Shown: positions 1-8,650, numbered from the stretch's first letter. The stretch is 36,275 bases of DNA from a bacterium (GCA_963607925.1 CAVDFY010000024.1:10082-46356), one strand, 5' to 3'. Program-made: numbers and translations. The notes: generated by a model not told the origin, from the letters alone.

Positions 1-1121
1 ATAAAAAAGATGATGTTATATTAAAAATATTACATTATTTTATAACAGAAGAAGATTATAAACCAATAATTATAAATGGATTAGAAAATGAAATATGGCT
101 TGAAAATATGCAAAGTGATCTAAAACTAATTAGAATAAATACTAATTATATACATAATGAAGAACAATTAAAAACAGATATGTATAAAGCACAAAGTATA
201 ATGAAAAGCATAAAAAGAAATACTTTCTCACTAAGAATGAATATGTTAAATTTGCTTTTAGATACAGGCGACAGTGTAAAAGTAATGGACACCAAAAATA
301 TTGAAACAATAAAAGTAGATGAAATTAGTGATTTTAAAAAGAATAAAGTAGTTAAAGAATTCTTTCCAAAAGTAAGTGATGCTGAACTAACTGATCAAGT
401 AGACCCTGTAGAATTCTTTAAATTAACTGAAGACATGAATCAAAAAACAATAAAGAATGAAAAGAAACTTGCTAAAATATTTAGTCAAAAGAAACCAGTT
501 GTTACTTATGCATTAATTGTAATAAATATTATGGTATATTTGTTTATGACATTATACGACTTAGACGGAACATACTTCTATGCACTAGCTAATAATTATG
601 AATTTGTTCAAAATGGTCAAATTTATAGATTGTTAACTTCTATGTTCTTACATGCTGATATTATACATATTGGATGTAACATGTATGCATTATATATTTT
701 AGGACCGCAAGTAGAAAGATACTATGGCAAAACTAAGTTCTTACTTATATATTTATTAAGTGGAATATTAGGAAGTATATTTAGTTGTGCATTTATGAGT
801 GCTGATACTATAAGTATGGGAGCATCAGGAGCAATATTTGGACTTCTTGGAAGCATAGCATACTTTACTTACTATTATAGAGCAACACTTCAAGGCTTAT
901 TAAGAAGCCAAGTACTACCAGCTATATTACTAAACTTAGGAATAGGATTCATGGTACCTGGAATAGATATTTCAGGACACGTAGGTGGCCTAATTGGTGG
1001 AGTTTTAGTATCAATGGCAATTGGAATAGGGGATAAAGGAAGAAAAACAGATCAAATAAACGGAATAATAGTATTCATACTTATGACACTTGCAATGTTA
1101 TATATGGTATATGTTAAATAA
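1..1121 (+). CDS. gluP: Rhomboid-family intramembrane serine protease, GluP/YqgP-like (5' end outside window)
   Basis: The frame of ORF 108..1121 stays open back to nt 3, so the gene is cut by the window edge. The C-terminal half has rhomboid hallmarks (HADIIHIGCNMYALY, catalytic GASGAIFGLLG, GHVGGLIGG) in a multi-TM context. The N-terminal part (NEIWLEN...LKLIRIN) resembles the cytosolic domain of B. subtilis YqgP. Confidence 0.88.
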   Translation, partial: KKDDVILKILHYFITEEDYKPIIINGLENEIWLENMQSDLKLIRINTNYIHNEEQLKTDMYKAQSIMKSIKRNTFSLRMNMLNLLLDTGDSVKVMDTKNIETIKVDEISDFKKNKVVKEFFPKVSDAELTDQVDPVEFFKLTEDMNQKTIKNEKKLAKIFSQKKPVVTYALIVINIMVYLFMTLYDLDGTYFYALANNYEFVQNGQIYRLLTSMFLHADIIHIGCNMYALYILGPQVERYYGKTKFLLIYLLSGILGSIFSCAFMSADTISMGASGAIFGLLGSIAYFTYYYRATLQGLLRSQVLPAILLNLGIGFMVPGIDISGHVGGLIGGVLVSMAIGIGDKGRKTDQINGIIVFILMTLAMLYMVYVK

Positions 1122-1598
1122 ATGTTAGGATACAAAGTATTTTATAAAGGTCTAAAAGATAGTTTTGGAAATGAACATACATTAGGTACAAAGTACAAAC
1201 TAAATGGAGAAATAAAGTGGAGTCAAAATGGATTTCACTTTTGTAAAAGACCTGAAGATACTCTAAGAAATTTCGATGACTTTAATAATGAGTTAGAAAT
1301 AGCACTTATAGAAGCATCAGGAAATATAGTAGAGTATGATGATGAATACTATGGATTTTATGATATGTTTGCTAGTAGTGAATACAAAATAATAAGAGTC
1401 ATGAGTAGAGATGAAATAGTAAAAAAAGTATTAACTTCAAAAAATATACTTAGACAAAAAAGATTACTTGAAAGAATGAGACTAACAGAAAGTCAATTAA
1501 AACATTTTAAAGGATTAAGTACAGAACTAGATGATGTAATTAGTTATTATCAATATCATGACACAGAAGTATATCAAAGAAAATATAAAAAAAGTTGA
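1122..1598 (+). CDS. Hypothetical protein (158 aa), translationally coupled to the rhomboid gene
   Basis: The ATG immediately follows the TAA of the upstream gene (taaATG). The ORF is long for AT-rich DNA. I recognise no catalytic motif. It is followed by a strong terminator. Confidence 0.6.
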   Translation: MLGYKVFYKGLKDSFGNEHTLGTKYKLNGEIKWSQNGFHFCKRPEDTLRNFDDFNNELEIALIEASGNIVEYDDEYYGFYDMFASSEYKIIRVMSRDEIVKKVLTSKNILRQKRLLERMRLTESQLKHFKGLSTELDDVISYYQYHDTEVYQRKYKKS

Positions 1599-1622
1599 CT
1601 TAATAGTCAACTTTATTTTTTT
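1591..1622. terminator. Bidirectional intrinsic terminator between convergent genes
   Basis: Perfect 10-bp stem AAAGTTGACT / AGTCAACTTT with a 4-nt loop. It is flanked by an A-run upstream and a T-run downstream, and overlaps the TGA stop at 1596-1598. Confidence 0.8.
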
Positions 1623-1624
1623 AC

Positions 1625-2242
1625 CTAGATTTTTCTATATAAACCAATAGCTTTACCAAGAATTGTAACATTATTTAAAATAATAGGTTCTAAAAAATCA
1701 TTTTCAGGTTGAAGTCTTATATGATCACTTTCTTTATAAAATCTTTTTAATGTTACTTCATTCTCATCAGTCATAGCTACAACTATTTCACCATTATTAG
1801 CATTACTTTGTTTTTTAACAATTACAATATCTCCATCAAATATTCCAACGTTTATCATAGATTCACCATTGACTTCTAAAGTAAATACATCATGATTCTT
1901 TGGAACAAACTCTCTAGGTAATGAGAAATATTCATTAGGGTTTTCTATAGCTTCGATCGGATTACCAGCAGCTACTTTTCCAAGTAGTGGGACAGATACA
2001 ACTTCTTCATCTTTAACAGCATATTCATTTGGAACATTTAATTCAATAGTTCTAAATTTGCTTTCAGTTTGATTTATATAACCTTTTTTGGTTAAATTTT
2101 TTAAATGTACAAACATAGTAGCAGTACTATTTAAATTACATATTTTGCATAGTTCTCTAATCGTAGGTGCATATCCTTTTTCAGCCATAAATTTTTTAAT
2201 ATTTGTAAGAATTATCTCTTGCTTATTAGTAAGTTTCTCCAT
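1625..2242 (-). CDS. lexA: LexA SOS repressor
   Basis: N-terminal winged HTH (YAPTIRELCKICNLNSTATMFVHLKNLTKKGYI). Ala-Gly self-cleavage site (GKVAAGNPIEA). Catalytic Ser in NGESM and Lys in TLKRF. I place the start at MEKLTNKQ (ATG 2242) because AGGAAGTGA lies 5 nt upstream; the track ORF start at 2275 has no SD. Confidence 0.92.
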   Translation of the reverse strand: MEKLTNKQEIILTNIKKFMAEKGYAPTIRELCKICNLNSTATMFVHLKNLTKKGYINQTESKFRTIELNVPNEYAVKDEEVVSVPLLGKVAAGNPIEAIENPNEYFSLPREFVPKNHDVFTLEVNGESMINVGIFDGDIVIVKKQSNANNGEIVVAMTDENEVTLKRFYKESDHIRLQPENDFLEPIILNNVTILGKAIGLYRKI

Positions 2243-2261
2243 AAAATCACTTCCTAAATAA

Positions 2262-2290
2262 ATAATATCATACAAATATTTGTTTGTAAA
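2262..2290 (-). promoter_or_regulatory. Candidate lexA promoter with a 12-bp perfect palindrome (putative operator) in the spacer
   Basis: On the minus strand: TTTACA (2285-2290), a 17-nt spacer, then TATTAT (2262-2267). The palindrome ACAAATATTTGT (2272-2283) sits inside the spacer. The leader would be very short. Confidence 0.4.
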
Positions 2291-2292
2291 TG

Positions 2293-3045
2293 TTATTTTC
2301 TAAGTTTTCTTATTAAAGTTTCTCTTAAATCTATTAAATCTTTTTCTTCTATATATGGTAAAAACTCGCTTGGATAAATTATCTCATCTGGAAATCCAAA
2401 TATATCATCAACATAATCATAAAGCCCACCTTTAAACACAGAACTAAACAATTCTTTCAATGCTTCCTCAGGTAAAGCCTGGGCAAGTTCCATAATATTC
2501 ATCTTTGCTAAGTAGGATAAAGATAATTGAGATAAAAGTCTATGTGATGCTGCGACTTTAAATTTAAATCCTTCACCTTCATATTCATCCTTAAATCTAA
2601 CAGAGTCCATATCTACTATTTTAATATCACCATTTCTATTAATCATATTGTTATCAGGATGTATATCCCAAAAAACAATTCCATCTTTGCTTAATCTTTC
2701 TATTGCAACAGCAATTTTTCTAGCAAGTATTAGTTTATCTTTATAAGACATGTTTTTACTAAAAATTAGTTTGGTAGATGGTACATAATCTTTCAAATAT
2801 GTCATTCTAAAACCAAGAAAATCATATTGAGGTGTATATATAATACCGTTAGGTATGACACAATCAGGATTATTGTATAAAGACAATCTCTCTACAGTTC
2901 CTTCTCTAGTAAGCCTATTTCCATGCAAAAGAATTTTATATAAATTATCCTCATTTGGAATATATATATTACTCTCATGATGAATTGAACTTCTTAGAGT
3001 AGGATATACACTTAATTCTCTTTCTGTTTTAAATATCTTTTCCAT
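2293..3045 (-). CDS. Protein-kinase-like fold phosphotransferase (atypical, no obvious Gly-loop)
   Basis: Catalytic-loop-like WDIHPDNNMI followed by IKIVDMDS (HxDxxxxN ... D motif arrangement of the kinase-like superfamily). It lies 50 nt upstream of lexA on the same strand. Confidence 0.6.
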   Translation of the reverse strand: MEKIFKTERELSVYPTLRSSIHHESNIYIPNEDNLYKILLHGNRLTREGTVERLSLYNNPDCVIPNGIIYTPQYDFLGFRMTYLKDYVPSTKLIFSKNMSYKDKLILARKIAVAIERLSKDGIVFWDIHPDNNMINRNGDIKIVDMDSVRFKDEYEGEGFKFKVAASHRLLSQLSLSYLAKMNIMELAQALPEEALKELFSSVFKGGLYDYVDDIFGFPDEIIYPSEFLPYIEEKDLIDLRETLIRKLRK

Positions 3046-3147
3046 ACTTTCACCTATAAATAAAAGTATAATACTATATTTAAATTAGAAAATCAATCAT
3101 TAAATTATACATAATAATGTAAAATAAAAAGTTATTAACAAAAAATA

Positions 3148-3175
3148 TTGACGGGGGGGGGGTACATATTATAAT
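3148..3175 (+). promoter_or_regulatory. Sigma-A-type promoter of the large pilin gene, with G10 in the spacer
   Basis: TTGACG (3148-3153), a 16-nt spacer, then TATAAT (3170-3175). SD AGGTGA at 3182-3187 and ATG at 3194. Confidence 0.65.
3153..3162 (+). repeat. Poly(G)10 homopolymer tract
   Basis: Ten consecutive G read directly (acgggggggg gg). It is the only long G/C homopolymer in this very AT-rich window. Confidence 0.95.
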
Positions 3176-3193
3176 TAGAGTAGGTGATAAGAT

Positions 3194-4303
3194 ATGAAAA
3201 ATAAAAAAGGTTTTACATTAGTTGAGTTATTAGCTGTAATAGCAATACTTGCAATACTTGTAGTACTTGCGATTCCAAATATTATAAGTATGGTAGAAAA
3301 ATCAAGAAAAAATATTGCTGAAACGAGTGCAAAAAGTTTGGTTAGCACAGCTAAAAACTATTATATTAAAAGTGAAATGAATGGAAAAACTATTGAAGAA
3401 ATTGATTTAACAGATCCAGATTTTGAATATACAGGAGAAAGAGTTACAAAAGGAAAACTTACAATGAATAAGGATGGAAGTAGTTATGGAAAAATATATA
3501 TCCGTGGTTATTGTGTAAGTATTAAAAGTAGCGGAGACATATCTAGTGAAAAAGTAGATGCGGAAAATTGCAATCTAGCACCAGAAATGATAACTTTTAC
3601 TCTAAATGGTAATTCTTTTAAAGTAGAAGAAGGCACAACATTAGAAAACTTTTTAAAAAATCTTGATGAAAATCAAGGATTGACAGTTATAAAAGATTCA
3701 ATTACACAATACTATTTTGAAGATTATGATGGTGCAATAATAATTGGTGATAACAACACTAATAAAATAATGGACTTAAAGAACAGAAAAATAAGTGCTG
3801 ATGATGCATATACTACATTATTTGTTTCAATAACAAAAAATTTTTTATGGGATGATATAACTAGCGACAATTATGTTCCTATTTTATATCAATATACATA
3901 TGGTAATACAACAAGCAAAACTATGGTAGTAATATGTTCTAAAAATGATACTTTTGCAGATCTAGCAGATGCCGTTTATCCAGTTCAAATACTATACTTT
4001 CTTGGAGTTAATTATGAGTATTCTGATGTAAATAAAGTTTCAAGTTATTCAGGTAGAGAATTAGTTAATGATTATATCATTGGATATAAAGCAGGATTGA
4101 AATATCATAAATCAAATAATAACGCTGGAAGTGATTTTCATGTTTTTGAAGAATTCTTAGATGGTCAAGGAAATACAATTAAGTTATCTGACAAAGTCAC
4201 AACAAAAAGTTCAGGATTAATTACAGGGAAATATCACATTGTATCAAAAGATACATCATTTGAAGATGCAAAGAAAGAAGCTGTTAATAATCTTAGTAAA
4301 TAA
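3194..4303 (+). CDS. Large (369 aa) type IV pilin / pseudopilin-like protein with a C-terminal module of unknown function
   Basis: Class III signal peptide and methylation motif MKNKKGFTLVELLAVIAILAILVVLAIPN (cleavage after G, with E at +5). The remaining ~330 aa have no motif I recognise, and include a Cys pair (GYCVS...AENC). Confidence 0.85.
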   Translation: MKNKKGFTLVELLAVIAILAILVVLAIPNIISMVEKSRKNIAETSAKSLVSTAKNYYIKSEMNGKTIEEIDLTDPDFEYTGERVTKGKLTMNKDGSSYGKIYIRGYCVSIKSSGDISSEKVDAENCNLAPEMITFTLNGNSFKVEEGTTLENFLKNLDENQGLTVIKDSITQYYFEDYDGAIIIGDNNTNKIMDLKNRKISADDAYTTLFVSITKNFLWDDITSDNYVPILYQYTYGNTTSKTMVVICSKNDTFADLADAVYPVQILYFLGVNYEYSDVNKVSSYSGRELVNDYIIGYKAGLKYHKSNNNAGSDFHVFEEFLDGQGNTIKLSDKVTTKSSGLITGKYHIVSKDTSFEDAKKEAVNNLSK

Positions 4304-4319
4304 ACTATAAGCTTATAAT

Positions 4320-6209
4320 TTAATTTAATAAAACTTTAATAATACTTCCTTCTTTAACTCTAGAGTTAACATTTGGAGTAGTATCAATTACTTTATCCCC
4401 ATCACCAACAAATTCAATTTTGAATCCATTAAGAAGCTTACGGGCTTCTTTTTTAGTTTTACCAATCACATCAGGTATCATAACATATTTAATATCATCC
4501 CATCTATATACTTTAGGAAGCCCGCTTGTGTCTTCTTTTAAATCATAAATTGATATTATATCTTTCAGTACATTACGAGCTATTGGAGCACTTACAACAC
4601 CACCATATTGAGTAACACCCTTGGGATGATCAAGCGCTATATATATAACAAACTCAGGATCATCAGCTGGCATAAAACCAATAAAAGAAAGCACGTAGTT
4701 ACCACTCATATATCTTCCATCACTACCAACTTTTTGAGCAGTACCAGTTTTTCCACCAACTCTATAGTTTTCAATATAAGCATTCCGTCCACTTCCATTT
4801 GCAACGACACTTTCAAGAACATATTTAACAACACTACTAGTTTCTTTAGTTATAACATTCTTTCGTTTAACCATCGAAGTTATATTTTTATTTCCAACTT
4901 CACTAACTACATAAGGAACATACAAAGTACCACCATTAACTATAGAACTAACAGCAGTAACTTGCTGAATAGGGGTAACACTAATACCTTGACCAAACGC
5001 ACTAGTTGCAAGTTCAACTGATCCAATTTTATCCATCTTAAATAATATTCCAGTTCCCTCACCATTTAAATCAATTCCTGTCTTCTTTCCAAAACCAAGT
5101 TCAGTAATGTATTTAAATAATAATTCTTTACCAAGTTTTTGTCCTAAAGATACAAACCCAGGGTTACATGAGTTTTCTACTACTTGCACATATGTTTGAT
5201 CTCCATGTCCCTTTCTTTTCCAACAATGCAAAGTAGCATTAGCAACCTTAACTTTTCCTGAATCATAAAAGTGATCTTCAAATATATTAACTTTTCCTTC
5301 ATTAATAGCAGCAGCAAGAGTAACTATTTTAAATGTAGAACCAGGTTCAAAATTAGCCCATATCGCGAGATTTCTATTGATTACTTCAGCACTATATTCT
5401 TTGTAATTAGACGGATCAAAAGAAGGATAGCTACTCATTGCTAAAATTTCCCCAGTTTTAGGATTCATAACTAGTCCAATCGCGCCTTCTGCTTCATACT
5501 TAGTAAATGCATTTGAAAGTTCATTTTCTAAAGATAGTTGTATATCTAAATCTATAGTAAGTTTTATATCATTACCACTTTTAGGTTCACTATATACTTC
5601 AGGCATAGATAGTCTTTTACCTTTACCATCACTATAATACTTAATGCTTCCATTTTTACCAGTTAATTCTTTATCATATAAAAGTTCAAGACCACTGAGT
5701 CCTTGATTATCTATACCAGTATATCCAATAACATGAGAAAGTAAATTCTTATATTTATAATCTCTTTTAGATTCTTTCAAAAGATAAACACCATCATAAT
5801 TATAACTATTTATTTTATCAGCAACCTCAAAATCAAGATTTCTTCCTTCGGGATGTACTCTTTCAATAGAAGTTTTTTTACTTACATGTTTATACATTTC
5901 ATCATAACTTACACCAAGTATATTAGCTAGGGTAGAAGCAACTTCTTTTTTATTAAGTATTTGATTAGGTACAAGATAAAGACCAACTGTCGTAACATTA
6001 TCAACTATTATTTTTCCATTTCTATCAAGTATTTTACCTCTATCAGCTTGAACAGTTAACTCACGACTCCATAACTCACTCGCAAGAGTATTTAACTTCT
6101 TATATTCTATAACCTGTATATAAAATATCTTAACAAGTACAAAGAAAAACACAATTAATGATATAATAAACACAATTCTAATTCTTTTATTTTGAATACT
6201 TTGAAACAT
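4320..6209 (-). CDS. Class B penicillin-binding protein (PBP2B/SpoVD/FtsI-like transpeptidase) with a C-terminal PASTA domain
   Basis: N-terminal TM anchor. SxxK (GSTFK), SxN (NSCNPG) and KTG (GGKTGTAQ) motifs. PASTA-like tail (IPDVIGKTKKEARKLLNGFKIEFVGDG). Confidence 0.92.
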   Translation of the reverse strand: MFQSIQNKRIRIVFIISLIVFFFVLVKIFYIQVIEYKKLNTLASELWSRELTVQADRGKILDRNGKIIVDNVTTVGLYLVPNQILNKKEVASTLANILGVSYDEMYKHVSKKTSIERVHPEGRNLDFEVADKINSYNYDGVYLLKESKRDYKYKNLLSHVIGYTGIDNQGLSGLELLYDKELTGKNGSIKYYSDGKGKRLSMPEVYSEPKSGNDIKLTIDLDIQLSLENELSNAFTKYEAEGAIGLVMNPKTGEILAMSSYPSFDPSNYKEYSAEVINRNLAIWANFEPGSTFKIVTLAAAINEGKVNIFEDHFYDSGKVKVANATLHCWKRKGHGDQTYVQVVENSCNPGFVSLGQKLGKELLFKYITELGFGKKTGIDLNGEGTGILFKMDKIGSVELATSAFGQGISVTPIQQVTAVSSIVNGGTLYVPYVVSEVGNKNITSMVKRKNVITKETSSVVKYVLESVVANGSGRNAYIENYRVGGKTGTAQKVGSDGRYMSGNYVLSFIGFMPADDPEFVIYIALDHPKGVTQYGGVVSAPIARNVLKDIISIYDLKEDTSGLPKVYRWDDIKYVMIPDVIGKTKKEARKLLNGFKIEFVGDGDKVIDTTPNVNSRVKEGSIIKVLLN

Positions 6210-6468
6210 GTAAAATCACCATTAAATTATATTCAAAAGAGTAACTAGATATTAAAATTAAACCAATAGTGTGTGTAAATATCAAATATAAAATGTTATA
6301 TTTATCTTAAGAGAGGTTATTCATGAATCAAATGACTTATACGATAGAACTATAGATTATTTAAGAAATAAAGAATTTAAAAGTAATCCTGATTCATCAA
6401 AAAATGATTTTAATGTATTTTATAGTTATCATAGTTTTGGTATAGAAAAGAAAGGAAACTATAAATAT

Positions 6469-7152
6469 ATGTATATGTGGATTTATAGTGAAAGTGATTA
6501 CTTAGAAAAAAAAGATTCACTTGCTATATCAACATCTAGTTCAACACCAGTAAAAATAACATTAAAAGATAATAAAGTTGTAAACGTAGAATATCCAAAA
6601 GATGGTAATGAATATGCATCATCTATATATAAATTATTTCCAAGAACTATCGCAAAACAGGTATTAAATTTTGATAATGAAAAAAATATAAATAAACTTT
6701 ATAATGAGATGAGTACTAAGAAAAATAAATATTATAATTATTTAAATATGGATATGGGAAAACTTACTATAGATGATATAAGTTATGGGAATCATATATT
6801 TAATATCACTAAAAGAAAAGAATGTATAACATTAAGTTTAGATATATATATAAATAATAAATATAGATTAATTACTGCATATAAAGCATTTAAACCAAAT
6901 CAAATATGTACAATGGAACTAAGATACACTAAATCAGTAGAAGGAACATATAATTATAATATAATGGAAATAATAAAACATAGTAGTGATGCAAATTTAT
7001 TACAATTTAATAGTGATAACATGTCGGTATATGAAATACTTTCAGGAAAAGGTCAATACTTTATAACAGATGATGACAATAAACATTTAAAAGAGTTCTT
7101 AAAAAGTATAAATGTAGATTTAGCTCTTTGTGCAGAACCAGATTATAAGTGA
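6469..7152 (+). CDS. Hypothetical protein; the 5' end is uncertain because the frame is open from 6292
   Basis: ORF of 227 aa from the first ATG. The same frame has 59 further sense codons upstream without an in-frame ATG, while a good SD+ATG at 6311-6325 is in another frame (see findings). Confidence 0.55.
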   Translation: MYMWIYSESDYLEKKDSLAISTSSSTPVKITLKDNKVVNVEYPKDGNEYASSIYKLFPRTIAKQVLNFDNEKNINKLYNEMSTKKNKYYNYLNMDMGKLTIDDISYGNHIFNITKRKECITLSLDIYINNKYRLITAYKAFKPNQICTMELRYTKSVEGTYNYNIMEIIKHSSDANLLQFNSDNMSVYEILSGKGQYFITDDDNKHLKEFLKSINVDLALCAEPDYK

Positions 7153-7182
7153 CAGAAATATCACTTTTTAAATGCATAAAAA

Positions 7183-7200
7183 AAGAAACCGAGGTTTCTT
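7183..7200 (-). terminator. Intrinsic terminator downstream of the pilus ATPase gene
   Basis: Stem AAGAAAC/GTTTCTT with loop CGAG. On the minus strand it is followed by a T-run (the complement of aaaaaaa at 7177-7183). Confidence 0.6.
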
Positions 7201-8623
7201 ATAAATTGAAATATTCTATTTCTCCAGGTTTAACATTATCATGCGGTATCTCATTTTTATGATTATCAGGATCACTTGGAATCAATGCTTCATAATCTAT
7301 ATCAGGTTCATTAGACATAATTTCTAATTTGTCTTCATGATGTTCTGCATTAATTATATCAGGCTTATTATTTTCATTATGATTTTGACTATCATTTATA
7401 CTATTTTGTAAATTATCATCTTCATAATTAGATAAGTCATTATCAAGATCAACAGCTTTAAGTATTTCACTAAATGATGTTTCGCCAAGTAATACTTTTT
7501 CTAAACCATCTTGAAGTAGGGTAATAACATCACTTTTATATACAAGTTTTCTAAGTTCATGTTTAGGCATTGCATTTGTAATAGCATCTCTTATATCTTC
7601 ATTAATTAATAAAACTTCATAAAGACCAATACGTCCAGTATATCCTCTAAAACATTTATCACAACCATCTTTATTAGCATCGAACATTTGATTAACATCT
7701 TTATTCAATACTTTTTTAAATACACTTTTTTCATATGGAGTAGTATCTCTTAATTGTTTACAATGAGGACAAAGACGCCTCGCTAATTTTTGAGATATGA
7801 TTCCAGTAAGAGCTGAACCAAGCAAATAACGTTCTACATCCATATCAGTAAGTCTTTCAATTGTATTAAGTGAGTTATTTGTATGTATTGTTGATAATAC
7901 TTTGTGTCCAGTAATAGAAGCACGAACAGCAATTCTTGCAGTTTCATCGTCACGAATTTCTCCAATCATTATAATATCAGGGTCTTGACGTAAGATACTT
8001 CTTAAAACATTTGCGAATGTAAGACCAATCTCACTTTGAGATTGTACTTGGTTAATACCAACTATATCCATTTCGACTGGGTCTTCAACTGTAATTATAT
8101 TAACATCAGGAGTATTCATCTTTTGAAGAATAGAGTAAACTGTAGTAGATTTACCTGAACCAGTAGCACCAGTTACAAGTATAATACCATTTGGTACTTT
8201 AACCATCTTTTCTATTTTATCTAAACTATCTTCAGAAAATCCTAATGTATCAAGTCCTTGTAAACTCTTTGAATAGTCAAGGATACGAATAACCACTTTT
8301 TCGCCACAATTAGTAGGAAGAGAAGAAACACGAAGGTCTAACATCTTTTTACCAATTCTACTTTTAATCGCACCATCTTGTGGTAAACGAGTTTCCATAA
8401 TATTCATTCCAGCAATCATCTTAATACGAGAAATCATATTTCGTTTATATTTACCAGGTATAATAGAATAGTCTGACAAAATACCATCAATACGAATTCT
8501 AATTTTAACATTTTCTTTAGAAGGATCAAAGTGAATATCACTAACGTTCTTCTTAACAGCGTCCATAATGATTTCATTAACGATTTCAACTATGGGCATT
8601 TTTTCAAAGTCAAATTCCTTCAT
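7199..8623 (-). CDS. Type IV pilus / competence-pseudopilus assembly ATPase (GspE/PilB/ComGA family) with a long acidic C-terminal tail
   Basis: Walker A GATGSGKST, Asp box, Walker B (DPDIIMIGEIRD), His box (GHKVLSTIHTN), and the tetracysteine motif CPHC...CDKC typical of assembly ATPases. The conserved core starts at residue ~11 (no N1 domain). The last ~80 aa are D/E/N-rich and low complexity. Confidence 0.9.
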   Translation of the reverse strand: MKEFDFEKMPIVEIVNEIIMDAVKKNVSDIHFDPSKENVKIRIRIDGILSDYSIIPGKYKRNMISRIKMIAGMNIMETRLPQDGAIKSRIGKKMLDLRVSSLPTNCGEKVVIRILDYSKSLQGLDTLGFSEDSLDKIEKMVKVPNGIILVTGATGSGKSTTVYSILQKMNTPDVNIITVEDPVEMDIVGINQVQSQSEIGLTFANVLRSILRQDPDIIMIGEIRDDETARIAVRASITGHKVLSTIHTNNSLNTIERLTDMDVERYLLGSALTGIISQKLARRLCPHCKQLRDTTPYEKSVFKKVLNKDVNQMFDANKDGCDKCFRGYTGRIGLYEVLLINEDIRDAITNAMPKHELRKLVYKSDVITLLQDGLEKVLLGETSFSEILKAVDLDNDLSNYEDDNLQNSINDSQNHNENNKPDIINAEHHEDKLEIMSNEPDIDYEALIPSDPDNHKNEIPHDNVKPGEIEYFNL

Positions 8624-8650
8624 AACGTACCTCTTTCTATTCTAATATAT

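Noticed and set aside
4306-4317. Perfect palindrome TATAAGCTTATA between the convergent pilin and PBP genes, as a possible terminator
   Set aside because: It is a loop-less 12-bp AT-rich palindrome with no adjacent T-run, so it is not a credible intrinsic terminator. It probably arose by chance.
4608-5021. 137-aa ORF on the plus strand inside the PBP gene
   Set aside because: It is antisense to a CDS with clear SxxK/SxN/KTG motifs. Its sequence is low complexity (S/T/N/I-rich) and it has no SD. This is the typical shadow ORF of an AT-rich gene.
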